A DNA stretch of 64,000 bases from Candidatus Nomurabacteria bacterium (lineage in GTDB: Bacteria; Patescibacteriota; Minisyncoccia; Phycocordibacterales; UBA9973), in contig CP064973.1 in NCBI GenBank assembly GCA_016699365.1, positions 237,684-301,683 on the forward strand, written 5' to 3'. A model generated the notes under the pieces. That model saw only the letters and a list, made by a program, of their open reading frames with translations. It was not told the DNA's origin and searched no databases. The translations under genes were made by a program, and so were the position numbers. Shown here in pieces: positions 54,313 through 64,000 of this stretch (positions within the stretch are counted from its first letter, which is position 1; each line of letters starts with the position of its first letter).

Positions 54313-55377
54313 TTACTTCTGATTCTCAAAAAACACAAATACCTTTTCATTTCTAAGCACGTTGTCTACATACAATTCTGCTTGAAGTGGATCTGCGTCC
54401 GGGTAGTTCTCAAGAAGCTTTTTCATTTCTCTCTCCAGTTCTTCTTTATCAGCTTTTATGTTTTCAAGTTTTGCGATTTCACTTATTGATAGTTCTAGTA
54501 TTGCTCTGCGTTCTGCATCTTTTCTCCATTCGTTCAACAAATCTTCGCGAGTCTTTTTTACATGAGCTAGATAGTCGTCTATTTTTAGACCCATGTTTGC
54601 TATGTCTATCTCCATGCGAGACATCATTTTTCGAAGTTCGGCTTGTATAAATACTTCAGGAACATCAATCTTTGCTTCGTCTATTATTCTCTCCATAACA
54701 GCAATGCGTTTTTTCTCATGAGCTTTGTTTGCTTTTTCAAGAGCCATATTCTCTTCGATTTTTGTGCGCAATTCTGCGACTGTTTTGAAATCTCCAAGTG
54801 AGGCAGCAAATTCATCATTTAGTTCTGGAAGATTTTTTTCATCGTTTAGCTCTTCGTGATTGTGGTCATGGTTTTCTTCTTCGCCCTCCTTCATATTTTC
54901 ATGAAGTGCTTGATGAGCTTTCATTTTTCTGAGCTCTAGTATTGCGTTGTCTACCTCCTCTCCTGTTACGTCTACACTCTCGCTTTTTGACATCTCTTCT
55001 TTCGCAATTTTTTTATAGTCCGGGAGTGCTATTTCCGGCAGAACTGCAGTTTTAATTTTGAATTCTAGGGCGTTGCCACGAGCAAGCTTTGTGATTATTA
55101 CCTCAGGGCGTCCGATTGCATCTATTTTGTTTTCTTCCAATATTTTTGGATACTCATCGCCAATAGCGCGTTCTGCCATTTCTTCTAGGATTGTCATATC
55201 AGAGATTTCTTTTCGGAAAGTTGCTTCCGGAACCTTGCCTTTTCGGAATCCTGGCATTTCAAAATCTTTTAACATTTCGTCCACAATGCCTTTTTCGTAA
55301 CCTAACAACTTCTCTTCTGGAATTGTACCTTCTATTTCAACTTGGCTTTTTTCTAGCTTTGTAACTTTTATACTCAT
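54313..55377 (-). CDS. tig: trigger factor (short form)
   Basis: 354 aa; N-terminal ribosome-binding signature PGFRKGKVP; located upstream of clpP as in the canonical tig-clpP arrangement. Confidence 0.75.
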   Translation of the reverse strand: MSIKVTKLEKSQVEIEGTIPEEKLLGYEKGIVDEMLKDFEMPGFRKGKVPEATFRKEISDMTILEEMAERAIGDEYPKILEENKIDAIGRPEVIITKLARGNALEFKIKTAVLPEIALPDYKKIAKEEMSKSESVDVTGEEVDNAILELRKMKAHQALHENMKEGEEENHDHNHEELNDEKNLPELNDEFAASLGDFKTVAELRTKIEENMALEKANKAHEKKRIAVMERIIDEAKIDVPEVFIQAELRKMMSRMEIDIANMGLKIDDYLAHVKKTREDLLNEWRKDAERRAILELSISEIAKLENIKADKEELEREMKKLLENYPDADPLQAELYVDNVLRNEKVFVFFENQK

Positions 55378-55392
55378 ATTTTTATTTTTTAA

Positions 55393-55977
55393 TTAGTCTA
55401 ATTTTGGTGCGTAATCTTTTTCGTATCTATCTTGGCATTCTTTGATTATTTTTATTGCTTCATCTTTATCGAAGAATCCGAGGGGTTTGCATGTACCAGG
55501 CTTTTTTAGATGTTTATAGAATTCAAAATAATGCTCAACTTCCTTTTGCCAGTGTTCTCCAAGATCAGTATAAGACTTTATATGATCCATTCTTTTGTCG
55601 TCGGCAATTACTGTTATTATCTTGTCATCGCGTTCTCCTCCGTCTTCGAATTTCATTACTCCAATTACGCGTAACTCCGCTAGTGTTCCAGGTACAAGTG
55701 GTTCTGTAACATTTGCGATTACAAAATCGAGCAAGTCGTTGTCCTGATCCCATGTCTTAGGGATTAGTCCATAAGCTACTGGATATGCGAGTGATGAATA
55801 ACCAACTCTATCGAGCTTCAATTGTCCGCTCTCAGTTATGAATTCATATTTGTTTATTGAATTTGCATTTATTTCTACAAGTCCATTTACAATACCTTTT
55901 CCTTCATCAGCAAACGAAGGAATAGTGTGCTGTAAATTATACATAAACTTTGATGGTGGTAGGTTTATATTTGCCAT
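55393..55977 (-). CDS. ppa: inorganic pyrophosphatase (family I)
   Basis: 194 aa; DQDNDLLDFVI...VIGVMKFEDGGERDDKII matches the PPase active-site Asp cluster. Confidence 0.85.
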   Translation of the reverse strand: MANINLPPSKFMYNLQHTIPSFADEGKGIVNGLVEINANSINKYEFITESGQLKLDRVGYSSLAYPVAYGLIPKTWDQDNDLLDFVIANVTEPLVPGTLAELRVIGVMKFEDGGERDDKIITVIADDKRMDHIKSYTDLGEHWQKEVEHYFEFYKHLKKPGTCKPLGFFDKDEAIKIIKECQDRYEKDYAPKLD

Positions 55978-56002
55978 AGATTTATTTAGTTAAAATTTTA
56001 AT

Positions 56003-57238
56003 TTAAGCTAACTCTTCTTTTTCTTGTGTGTCTTCGGAAACTGCAACCTCAGGAGTTTCTTTTGCTCCTAGATCTGTTAGAGATATGTATCCTTCATCGG
56101 TTTCGTCTTCTGAACTTCCTATAGTTTCACCTTTTACACCTTTTATATCAATTTTCCATCCAGTAAGTTTTGCTGCAAGACGAACATTTTGTCCACCCTT
56201 ACCAATTGCAAGAGAAAGTTGATCATCGGCTACTTCTACAAGAGCCTTGTGTTCGTCTTCGTTTATTTCAATATCTAGAACTTTTGCAGGTGATAGTGAG
56301 TTTGATACAAGAGTATTTGCATCTTTTGACCAAGGTATAATATCGATTTTCTCACCATTTAGTTCATTCATGACAGTTGTTACACGAACACCGCGTTGTC
56401 CAACACATGAGCCAACTGGATCTACGTGGTCATCATTTGAAAATACTGCGATTTTTGAACGACTTCCTGCTTCACGAGCTATAGATTTTATTTCTACTAT
56501 TCCGTTTGCTATTTCTGGAGCTTCTAGTTCAAATAGTTTTGACAAGAATTTTGGATGAGTGCGTGAAAGTTTTAGAGAAATTCCACGAGGAGATTCTTCT
56601 ACCATATATAGATATGCTCTGATGCGCTCATTGCGACGATATTGCTCACCAGGAATTTGTTCTTCAAAAGGGAGTATTCCAGTTGCACGGTTGAAATCCA
56701 CATATACGATTCCACGTTCTATCTTTTGAACGATTCCAGAAACGATATCGCCTTCTTTTGTGCCGTATTCATCCATGATTGAACTTCTTTCAGCTTCGCG
56801 AATACGTTGTATGATAACTTGTTTTGCAGTTTGAGCTGCGATACGTCCGAAATCATCTTTTGTTTCTAGAGGGAATATTATTTCTTCGTCGAGCTCTATG
56901 CCTTTCTTTATTTTTTGGGCATCTTCTAGGAAGATGTGGTGTTCTTCGTTATATCGAACTCTCTCATCTCCTTCTTCTATAACTTCCTCTTCTTCTGGAG
57001 TTTCTTCAGGTACGATACGGACAGTTGTTTCATCAACAACTTTTTTTACTTGGAAAAATTGAGTAGTTCCATCTTCTAAATCAAACTTTGAACGAATAAT
57101 TTGCCCACGCTTTCCGTATTCTTTCTTGTAAGCAGCAGCGAGAGCTTGTTCTATAGCTTCGATTATTTTTTCTTTTGGGATTTTGCGCTCTTCTTCTAAT
57201 TGTTCAAGAGCTGAACGTAATACTTTTAGATCTAACAT
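56003..57238 (-). CDS. nusA: transcription termination/antitermination factor NusA
   Basis: 411 aa; N-terminal domain, S1, and two KH domains (GxxG motifs LAIGKGGQNVRLAAKLTGW). Confidence 0.85.
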   Translation of the reverse strand: MLDLKVLRSALEQLEEERKIPKEKIIEAIEQALAAAYKKEYGKRGQIIRSKFDLEDGTTQFFQVKKVVDETTVRIVPEETPEEEEVIEEGDERVRYNEEHHIFLEDAQKIKKGIELDEEIIFPLETKDDFGRIAAQTAKQVIIQRIREAERSSIMDEYGTKEGDIVSGIVQKIERGIVYVDFNRATGILPFEEQIPGEQYRRNERIRAYLYMVEESPRGISLKLSRTHPKFLSKLFELEAPEIANGIVEIKSIAREAGSRSKIAVFSNDDHVDPVGSCVGQRGVRVTTVMNELNGEKIDIIPWSKDANTLVSNSLSPAKVLDIEINEDEHKALVEVADDQLSLAIGKGGQNVRLAAKLTGWKIDIKGVKGETIGSSEDETDEGYISLTDLGAKETPEVAVSEDTQEKEELA

Positions 57239-57353
57239 ATATTTTATTGTTATTTATCTATCTCTTGTGAGATAAAATTTTATTAAAAAAAGTCCGCTGA
57301 CAGCGAACTTAATATCCAAATATTACCATAAAGCTCCGAATTGCGCAAATAGC

Positions 57354-57767
57354 CTATTCGTCATCTTTTTTAAATATTTTGAGTACATCTTTTGCAACTT
57401 CGTACATATCTTCGTACTTTGTGTCATCGAGTACAACTCCTATTACATCATCAGCTTTTTCTTTTGCATCCTCTTTTTGTTCTTCGGTCAGAAGAGGCTT
57501 GTCTTCTTCAAAAGAAGGGAATATTCCAGGCTGTTCTGTTTCAGTCTGCACTGTATCTGTTTCAGGTGTTGTTTGAGCCATACCTTTTGAAGATAGTGTC
57601 ATAAAAACAATCGCCGGTATTATAACTTTGAGTGAATTTGCTAAGTTTGGAGGAAGGTCGCTAATACGATCTTTTATATTATGAATTCGTCTAAGTAAAG
57701 CCAAGCCCTCTTCTTTGGGGTTTAGTTTTTCTATCTTATTTAAATTTATTTGTGGTCCTTTTTCCAT
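57354..57767 (-). CDS. hypothetical membrane-anchored acidic protein
   Basis: 137 aa; one TM segment. Confidence 0.35.
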   Translation of the reverse strand: MEKGPQINLNKIEKLNPKEEGLALLRRIHNIKDRISDLPPNLANSLKVIIPAIVFMTLSSKGMAQTTPETDTVQTETEQPGIFPSFEEDKPLLTEEQKEDAKEKADDVIGVVLDDTKYEDMYEVAKDVLKIFKKDDE

Positions 57768-57962
57768 ATATATTAAGATGCAAACACAACTTCTGCGTCA
57801 GCTATAATACGCTCACTTTCGCGAATAAAACGCGCGTATTCTTCGTCGGTTGTTTCTCCGAATATTATTTTTCTAGCTAGTTGTTCCAGTTCTTCGATAG
57901 ACATATATATAGTATACACAGTGTTTTATTCAAAGCAAAACCCCCTATAAAAGGGGGTTGTT

Positions 57963-59288
57963 TTAAAATTTAACGAATCTTCCTTGGAAATGTTCAGATT
58001 TAACTGAATAAATTCCAGCAGGCAGATTTTCAATATTGATTATTATCTTTGAGTCGTTGACTAACTTGTTGTTAAAACTAACCAGTTGTCCATATGAGTT
58101 AAAAATGCTCACTTCATCAAATATATTTTCAATATTATCAATCTCTATAGTTACGATGTCCTTTGCTGGGTTAGGATAGATGTTTATGTTTTTTTCAATC
58201 TCAAATATTGAGATATTTGTAGTGTCTTCAGTAGTGTCTACTGGAGTTTCTACTTTATAAACAAACATCCAAGATCCAATAGCCGCATATAAGTCATCTC
58301 CTATAAAACCAATATCTTTACCTGCGCCAGTTCCGGCTATGCTTGTTCCGTCTACTGATTTCCATTCCAAAGTATTTGGATCGTAGGTTACGATAGGGTT
58401 TACTTCTACTCCGTTTACTTCATCTAAGTCTCCGTAAAAATAAACTAGACCATCATGGGATTTTATTCCCACAGGCTCTCCATTCATATTGCCTATGACG
58501 TTGAATACTACACCATCGGTTGATTCATAGAACTCTTTGTCTCCTCCGTCAAAATTCCAGAGGGCAATATATAGCTTATCTTCGGATCTCGCAATTGCGT
58601 ATACTATGAAATTAGTCGGTAAATTTGTGCTTTCGGCACTCTCGCAGCCGCAAGATTCATCCCATATAAAGAGATTTTTGTAATCTTGCGGTAATGAAAA
58701 ATATCCTATGTAATATTTACCTGCAAAATAAACCATGTCAGTAGGTGTTCCGTTTACTGAGAAACCCGGTAATGGTGATACGTTTTCACCATCGTACACA
58801 AATGCACCAGGATAAGGGCTTGTGAAATCACCTAAAACTACTAGATTTCCATCGCTTAGTGTATCTAATACTGTTACACCACCGTCGATATTTATCCCAG
58901 AACTTTCCCAAGGGTCATTTATGTTATCTTTTTTTGCGAGTTTCCACATCGGATCATCCGATACTCCACCTGCATAACTAATTCCATGAGAAACAGCGAA
59001 GTCTTTTATACCTCCGCTCTCATCTTCAGGGAATCCACTTTGAGGATTAATGAATTCATCGTTTTCCATTATTGCAAATTTTGCAAAAGGGAAACCAGCG
59101 CTTTCATTGAACGATCCTCCAATCATTATTTGTCCAGTAGATTCATTGGTCTCGATTACGTTTATGTAACCGGGAACATAATCAATCGGAGACAATGATT
59201 GAGCATTCGCAGTCAATAAACTGCTTAAAAATAAGGCTAAGATGTATAAATTCTTCATCTTTTTAGATATTTTTTTATTAAAAAACAA
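57963..59288 (-). CDS. secreted protein with T9SS-type (Por) C-terminal sorting domain
   Basis: Signal peptide ...LLTANAQ; C-terminal NINIYPNPAKDIVTIEIDN...LPAGIYSVKSE...FVKF matches the Por_Secre_tail pattern. Confidence 0.5.
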   Translation of the reverse strand: MFFNKKISKKMKNLYILALFLSSLLTANAQSLSPIDYVPGYINVIETNESTGQIMIGGSFNESAGFPFAKFAIMENDEFINPQSGFPEDESGGIKDFAVSHGISYAGGVSDDPMWKLAKKDNINDPWESSGINIDGGVTVLDTLSDGNLVVLGDFTSPYPGAFVYDGENVSPLPGFSVNGTPTDMVYFAGKYYIGYFSLPQDYKNLFIWDESCGCESAESTNLPTNFIVYAIARSEDKLYIALWNFDGGDKEFYESTDGVVFNVIGNMNGEPVGIKSHDGLVYFYGDLDEVNGVEVNPIVTYDPNTLEWKSVDGTSIAGTGAGKDIGFIGDDLYAAIGSWMFVYKVETPVDTTEDTTNISIFEIEKNINIYPNPAKDIVTIEIDNIENIFDEVSIFNSYGQLVSFNNKLVNDSKIIINIENLPAGIYSVKSEHFQGRFVKF

Positions 59289-59377
59289 TTATATAACACA
59301 TTAGAGCAGAGATTATGTCAAATGTCCAGATAGTTATCCACATCGTAAACCTTTTTAAAATAAGCTCAAAATGTTGA

Positions 59378-59710
59378 TTGTGGTATTATTATTTACATAA
59401 TATGGATATTGAATCTACAATAAACCACCCTGTTTTAAGCCACAACAGAAACAAGCACATACTATATATATTACTTTCTGTAATTGTATTTTTATCTGTT
59501 ATATATGTGGTTATGATAAAGCAGGATAGGATAGAGCCTTATTCTATAGATGCAAGATATATAGAGCTATCAAGATTGAAGAATACAGGTGATCCAATTT
59601 CAACTATTGAAGAGAGATATGAAGCGATATCAAAATCAGAAGAAAGTGGAACAGTCCAAATATCCACATTTGAAAAATTAAAAGCTATGGAAGCTTTGAA
59701 TCAAAAATAA
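59378..59710 (+). CDS. small hypothetical membrane protein
   Basis: 110 aa ORF with one TM; an alternative start Met lies about 30 nt in. Confidence 0.3.
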   Translation: MWYYYLHNMDIESTINHPVLSHNRNKHILYILLSVIVFLSVIYVVMIKQDRIEPYSIDARYIELSRLKNTGDPISTIEERYEAISKSEESGTVQISTFEKLKAMEALNQK

Positions 59711-59713
59711 AAT

Positions 59714-61552
59714 ATGTTCAAAAAAGCAAAAAAACAAATCGCTTTAATTTTTACTCTAACCTTAATCGTTGTTTGTATTGGGAGTGTGACTAAGCCATAC
59801 GAAGCTAGTGCTGGTGCAGGGCAAAATGTTTCTGGTTGGGCATGGGGAGAAGGTTTTGTTGACTGGTCAATATACGCAGGAGACCCAGATGAAGGAGGAG
59901 CAGGAGAGGATATTGGCTTAAAAGAAAATGTATATCTAAGAAATCTTACAAATATTTTTATAAAACAAGTTGTAGCTTTTTACGATAATGTTCCTGGTGT
60001 AGATGATGGAGATGACAAGGCTGGTGGTATGGGATGGCTGTCTTTTAACTGTAGTACTGCTCCATATGGTTGTGCTGTTGATTATGGTGTGAATATAGAT
60101 ATGACGACTGGTCTAATGACTGGCAATGCTTGGAGTGAAAACTACGGTTGGGTTAAATTTGATGCAGGTTGTCCAGCAGGTACAACAGGAGATTGTAGTG
60201 CAAAATTAAATCTAGCTACAAATGAATTAGTTGGTTTTGCAAAAGTTTTATCAGGAGATGATGTTGCAACTGATGGATTTGATGGATGGATTAGTTTGAA
60301 TGATTCAAATGATCACAATTTTATTACAACTGGTGTAAACCCTTCACCGTTTGCTTATGGAGTTTCTTTTACACCAGGAACAGGTGTGTTGAGTGGGTAT
60401 GCTTGGGGATCGGCTGTAACTGGTTGGGTTCAGTTTACAGACGTTCATGTGAATGCAGTTGTTGATACTGGTAGTTTGAAATTTGTACCAACTACAACTA
60501 TCCCTGTTTCAATAACTGGTCTTCCGAATACAATTACTGTTCCGGCAGGGCCTATAGTTTTAAACTGGAATTCTCCTGATGGAACTGTGTACAACAATTG
60601 TATTCCTACATCTACACCAGCAAATCCTGCATGGAATAGTACAATCATAAATGCTACAGCTTCAAACTTACCACCTATGGCTCCAGCATTTGAATACAAA
60701 GAAGGCATATCTCTTGTTGCAGCCACTGGTGCAAATATTTTTTCAATACAATGTTTCCCTGCAGGAGGAGGAGCTCCAACAAGTGCTACTGCGATTGTAA
60801 ATGTTGATGAGGACATGTTACCACCTCTAGATCTATATATAGCTGGAACTACAAATACTATTGGATCTGTGTTTAGTCCTTATGAAGTAGATCTTTCTTG
60901 GAAATCAGATAGTCCAAACTTTAACCCACTTATATCTTGCACTGGATCACAAACAGACGCGACTGGGGTTGTGATTGCTAGTTGGGATGCAGATGCTGAA
61001 GCTGTGCCTGTAGTTGCTGGTGCTTATTACACCGAATATGGAATGAATGTTCCAAATGATCCAACTTATTTCAAAATAACTTGTACTGCCACAAACGGAA
61101 CGCTAGTAAGTTCTAATCTAGTGATTGTTAATAGAACAGAAGTAGGAGATCCGTCAGTTACTTTTACTGGAAGTTGTACTGAATCTGTGACCGGCCTTGA
61201 TCCATATGTAAGCTGGAGTTCATCTGATTCAGTCTCTTGTGACGCTTTGTCTGGAGAAAATTTTGATACTGATGGAGATACTTCAGGATATGATTCTGTT
61301 GCAACTCTAGATCCATCCACATCTCCTTATGAATATGAAATAGAATGTGAAAATGATACAGGTTCTGATACAGAGATTGCTAATGTATGGTACTTGCCTC
61401 TAGGAGAAACCTGTACACCTACCGGATGCGATCCAGAACTAGACCCTACTTGTACTCCATGTGACCCAGCAGTAGACCCATGGTGCACAGCCGGATCGGG
61501 AGGAGTAAGGCCAGTGTTCAATGAGCAGAGACAAGAAGATATCAATCCATAA
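59714..61552 (+). CDS. large secreted protein with five Trp-rich G(W/Y)AWG...GW(I/V)xF repeats and a Cys-rich C-terminus
   Basis: Signal peptide. Repeats GWAWGEGFVDWS, GGMGWLSFNC, NYGWVKFDAG, DGWISLND, GYAWGSAVTGWVQFTD. C-terminal CTPTGCDPELDPTCTPCDPAVDPWC. Confidence 0.5.
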   Translation: MFKKAKKQIALIFTLTLIVVCIGSVTKPYEASAGAGQNVSGWAWGEGFVDWSIYAGDPDEGGAGEDIGLKENVYLRNLTNIFIKQVVAFYDNVPGVDDGDDKAGGMGWLSFNCSTAPYGCAVDYGVNIDMTTGLMTGNAWSENYGWVKFDAGCPAGTTGDCSAKLNLATNELVGFAKVLSGDDVATDGFDGWISLNDSNDHNFITTGVNPSPFAYGVSFTPGTGVLSGYAWGSAVTGWVQFTDVHVNAVVDTGSLKFVPTTTIPVSITGLPNTITVPAGPIVLNWNSPDGTVYNNCIPTSTPANPAWNSTIINATASNLPPMAPAFEYKEGISLVAATGANIFSIQCFPAGGGAPTSATAIVNVDEDMLPPLDLYIAGTTNTIGSVFSPYEVDLSWKSDSPNFNPLISCTGSQTDATGVVIASWDADAEAVPVVAGAYYTEYGMNVPNDPTYFKITCTATNGTLVSSNLVIVNRTEVGDPSVTFTGSCTESVTGLDPYVSWSSSDSVSCDALSGENFDTDGDTSGYDSVATLDPSTSPYEYEIECENDTGSDTEIANVWYLPLGETCTPTGCDPELDPTCTPCDPAVDPWCTAGSGGVRPVFNEQRQEDINP

Positions 61553-61615
61553 GAAATGTATTGTGATATGATATTAGATATAAAAAACTTTTATTATTAG
61601 TAGATTTAAATAAAT

Positions 61616-63013
61616 ATGAAAGAGAATTCTATAAAAAAAATAATAAGTACCTCAAAAATAATCCTATTAGGATTGTTTGTGGCAGTAGGTATGAACTACG
61701 CATTTGCTTTCGTTGGGCCTACAGCAACTGCTCCTGGTAGTAACATCGCTGCTCCAGTAAATGTTAGTACATATGATCAAGTTAAAGATGGCGGCTTGGC
61801 AGTAAATGCTTTTGTTGGTGGTGGAGACGGGTCAGAGAGTTCATTTTGGGGAGATTTAACAATAGGAGGAGTTCCAGGTGGAATCGTAGGACCTAAAGAT
61901 TTATTTGTATATGGTGATATTGGGTTGGATAAATTCAGACAACTATACGAAGACAATCTTTTGAATATTTCGTATCCTGCTCCTGTTTGTACTGACACAG
62001 CTGGAAATATAGTTTTTTGTGCAGAAGCGGGAAGTGATTTCATTTTCTTGGCTGATGGATCAACAAATACATATTACCCAAATGATCTATATCCTGGAGT
62101 TACTGGTGTAACACTGTCTTGGAGTTCAAGTAGTTCTACTTGTACTGCTAGTGGCGTTCCTTTAGTGTGGAGTGGTGAGAAATCTGGTTCAGGTGTTCAA
62201 ATAGTTAATTTTGCTACAAATGGTTTAAAGGTATTAAATCTAGAATGTGGGGGTGTGACTAGAAGTGTTTCAGTAAATGTTTCTGGTCCAGCAAGTGAGC
62301 ATGGTACAAAAGTATTTACTTCAAATGGAACACTGTATGGCAATGAGATTCCTTATGGAGTTCCTGTAATGATAGAAGTTTGGGGTGGAGGTGGAGGCGG
62401 AGCTTTCACAGGAAATGGTGATGAAGTTGGAGGTGGAGGCGGAGCTGGAGGAAGCTACACAATGGCTATAATACCTTCAAATAACACAGCAAACGAATAC
62501 GCAGTTACAATTGGAAATGGAGGATTGGGAGGTAAAACAGTTGTGGGCACAACAACTTATGATGGTGCTCCTGGAGGACAAAGTAGTGTTATCGGTGGTG
62601 GTGTAACAATAAAAGCTGCAGGAGGATACGGAGCGGAAAATGGATTGCATAGTAGTGCGTATCTAACAAACGCAGCAAGAGGAGTAAATTCAATATCTGG
62701 AACAGTAAATGGTAAAACAGTCTCAGGTTTCTCAATCTTGGGTGGTCAATCAGAACAATCTGAAGAATATGCTTGCATAAAGACAACTGGCGCAGATTTT
62801 GAGAAACAAGGTTTTGGTGGAAGAGGTGGTGATTCTCCACGAGGTGGTGCAGGAGGATTGCCAAAGATATTAGGAGCTTCTGCTAAGTCTGGTGATGTTC
62901 CTGGTGGAGGCGGAGGTGGAGGTACTTATGACCGAAGTCCTGATTGTGATGGAGGAGGATCTCCTTCTGCTGGTGCAGATGGTGCAAAAGGAATGGTTGT
63001 AGTAACTTGGTAA
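61616..63013 (+). CDS. secreted/anchored glycine-rich protein
   Basis: N-terminal hydrophobic segment; the C-terminal half is dominated by GGGGG runs (VWGGGGGGAFTGNGDEVGGGGGAGG...GGGGGGGTYD). Confidence 0.5.
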   Translation: MKENSIKKIISTSKIILLGLFVAVGMNYAFAFVGPTATAPGSNIAAPVNVSTYDQVKDGGLAVNAFVGGGDGSESSFWGDLTIGGVPGGIVGPKDLFVYGDIGLDKFRQLYEDNLLNISYPAPVCTDTAGNIVFCAEAGSDFIFLADGSTNTYYPNDLYPGVTGVTLSWSSSSSTCTASGVPLVWSGEKSGSGVQIVNFATNGLKVLNLECGGVTRSVSVNVSGPASEHGTKVFTSNGTLYGNEIPYGVPVMIEVWGGGGGGAFTGNGDEVGGGGGAGGSYTMAIIPSNNTANEYAVTIGNGGLGGKTVVGTTTYDGAPGGQSSVIGGGVTIKAAGGYGAENGLHSSAYLTNAARGVNSISGTVNGKTVSGFSILGGQSEQSEEYACIKTTGADFEKQGFGGRGGDSPRGGAGGLPKILGASAKSGDVPGGGGGGGTYDRSPDCDGGGSPSAGADGAKGMVVVTW

Positions 63014-63094
63014 AAAATGAAAATAAAAAATCCCGCAGTCGCGGGATTTTTTTGTATAAGAATACAAATTATTTTGTTATAATAAAAACAATAA

Positions 63095-64000
63095 ATGCAA
63101 ATCAAAGAAGATCAATTAAAAAAGTTTATTATCGAGAGTGGTCTTGTTGCAAAGGCTGATATTGCTCTTGCTGATAAAACTGCAAAAGAAAAAGATCAAT
63201 CGATTGGCGATGTTCTGGTTTCTTTTGGAAAAATAACTGACATTGATTTAAAACGTATGCAAGCGTATGTGCTTGGGATACCTTTTATATCACTTGCAAC
63301 AGAAAAAATTGATTTTGAAACTCTATCTTTGATTCCTGAAACTATTGCTCGTAAACACAACATAATTGCTTATAAAAAAAGACCTCGTGAGCTTGAGGTG
63401 GCGATGCTTGATATAGATGATCTTCCAGTTATAGATTTTATAAAGAAAAAGGTTGAGCTTAAGATATCTCCTAGACTTACTGATTCTGATTCAATCAAGC
63501 ACGCACTATCTCAATACAAAAAAAGTTTAAAGGCAGATTTCGACGACATAATAAAAAAAGAATCCTCATCTCTTAAGACTATCTCAGAAGATGGAGGAGA
63601 AGGTGCTTTGTCCGAAAAAGAACTAAAAGAGATGGCAGAAGACTTGCCTGTGGTAAAAATTGTAGACACTCTTATATCTCATGCAATATTGCAAAATACA
63701 TCTGATATTCATATTGAACCAGAAGAGGAACAGCTCTTAGTTCGTTATAGAATAGACGGCATACTTCGTGATGCTATGGTCTTGCCGCGTGATGCATCAG
63801 CGGGCATAACTGCACGTATAAAAGTTTTAGCTAATTTAAAACTCGATGAGAAGAGGCTTCCTCAAGACGGTAGATTTAAAATAACAACAGAATCCGGAGA
63901 CCGAGTATCTTTTCGTGTATCTACACTACCAACATACTATGGCGAGAAGACTGTTATCCGTATTTTGAAGGAGAATTCAAAAGGCTATACCCTAGAAGGT
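63095..64000 (+). CDS. pilB: type IV pilus assembly ATPase PilB/GspE family (5' part; continues beyond window)
   Basis: GspE N-terminal domain (MQIKEDQLKKFIIESGLVAKADIALA...) followed by the start of the ATPase domain (DIHIEPEEEQLLVRYRIDGIL...QDGRF). Second PilB paralog in the window. Confidence 0.8.
   Translation, partial: MQIKEDQLKKFIIESGLVAKADIALADKTAKEKDQSIGDVLVSFGKITDIDLKRMQAYVLGIPFISLATEKIDFETLSLIPETIARKHNIIAYKKRPRELEVAMLDIDDLPVIDFIKKKVELKISPRLTDSDSIKHALSQYKKSLKADFDDIIKKESSSLKTISEDGGEGALSEKELKEMAEDLPVVKIVDTLISHAILQNTSDIHIEPEEEQLLVRYRIDGILRDAMVLPRDASAGITARIKVLANLKLDEKRLPQDGRFKITTESGDRVSFRVSTLPTYYGEKTVIRILKENSKGYTLEG

Noticed and set aside
1-64000. Alternative genetic code (UGA recoding, as in some candidate phyla)
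   Set aside because: tRNA-Trp has anticodon CCA, and many long conserved genes (polA, pnp, dnaA, PBP1A) are intact with TGA used as a stop. The standard code 11 fits.

Overview
This is a 64 kb AT-rich bacterial chromosome segment. GC content and hairpin stabilities are judged by eye, not computed. Every protein call rests on sequence motifs I recognise, not on database searches, and all RNA calls are unverified. Gene content is almost entirely informational and cell-envelope. The replication origin region is present (dnaA-dnaN-dciA-like on the minus strand, rpmH-rnpA-yidD-yidC-jag on the plus strand, DnaA-box/AT-rich oriC between dnaA and dnaN). Also present are polA, ruvB/ruvC, tyrS, PBP1A, comM, pnp, rpsO, xerC/D, xth, cca, hup, rny, clpP, tig, ppa, nusA, two PilB/GspE-type ATPases, two TrmB-like regulators, a thioredoxin-like/DsbB pair, and many secreted, repeat-rich surface proteins, two of which carry T9SS-type C-terminal sorting domains. 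I found six tRNAs: Lys-UUU, Trp-CCA, Gly-GCC, Arg-UCG, Gly-UCC and Pro-UGG. The genetic code is standard, since tRNA-Trp has anticodon CCA and long ORFs end at TGA. I saw no rRNA, CRISPR array, transposase, reverse transcriptase or recognisable restriction-modification system. No metabolic genes are visible, and the overall picture resembles a streamlined, possibly CPR/Patescibacteria-like organism; this is an inference only. The most unusual material is non-coding. (1) A roughly 100-160 nt intergenic element occurs in four copies, each ending in an intrinsic terminator and showing compensatory changes in a hairpin, and may be a multi-copy small RNA family. (2) A tRNA-flanked region at about 41.9-50.8 kb contains an iteron-like array of a CACGTG-centred palindromic motif with a perfect DnaA box, direct and inverted duplications of the tRNA-Gly(UCC) 3' end, a GC-rich roughly 700 nt promoter-to-terminator unit with no convincing ORF, a roughly 240 nt unit with a consensus TTGACA-17-TATACT promoter and terminator, and many small orphan genes; it looks like an integrated or remnant element with novel ncRNAs. 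(3) A surface/pilus-like cluster at 57.9-64 kb. (4) A SpoT-like small alarmone hydrolase overlaps a small unknown ORF next to an HD protein. (5) An NYN-domain gene sits between rpsO and pnp. (6) ruvC is interrupted at two T6 homopolymers.
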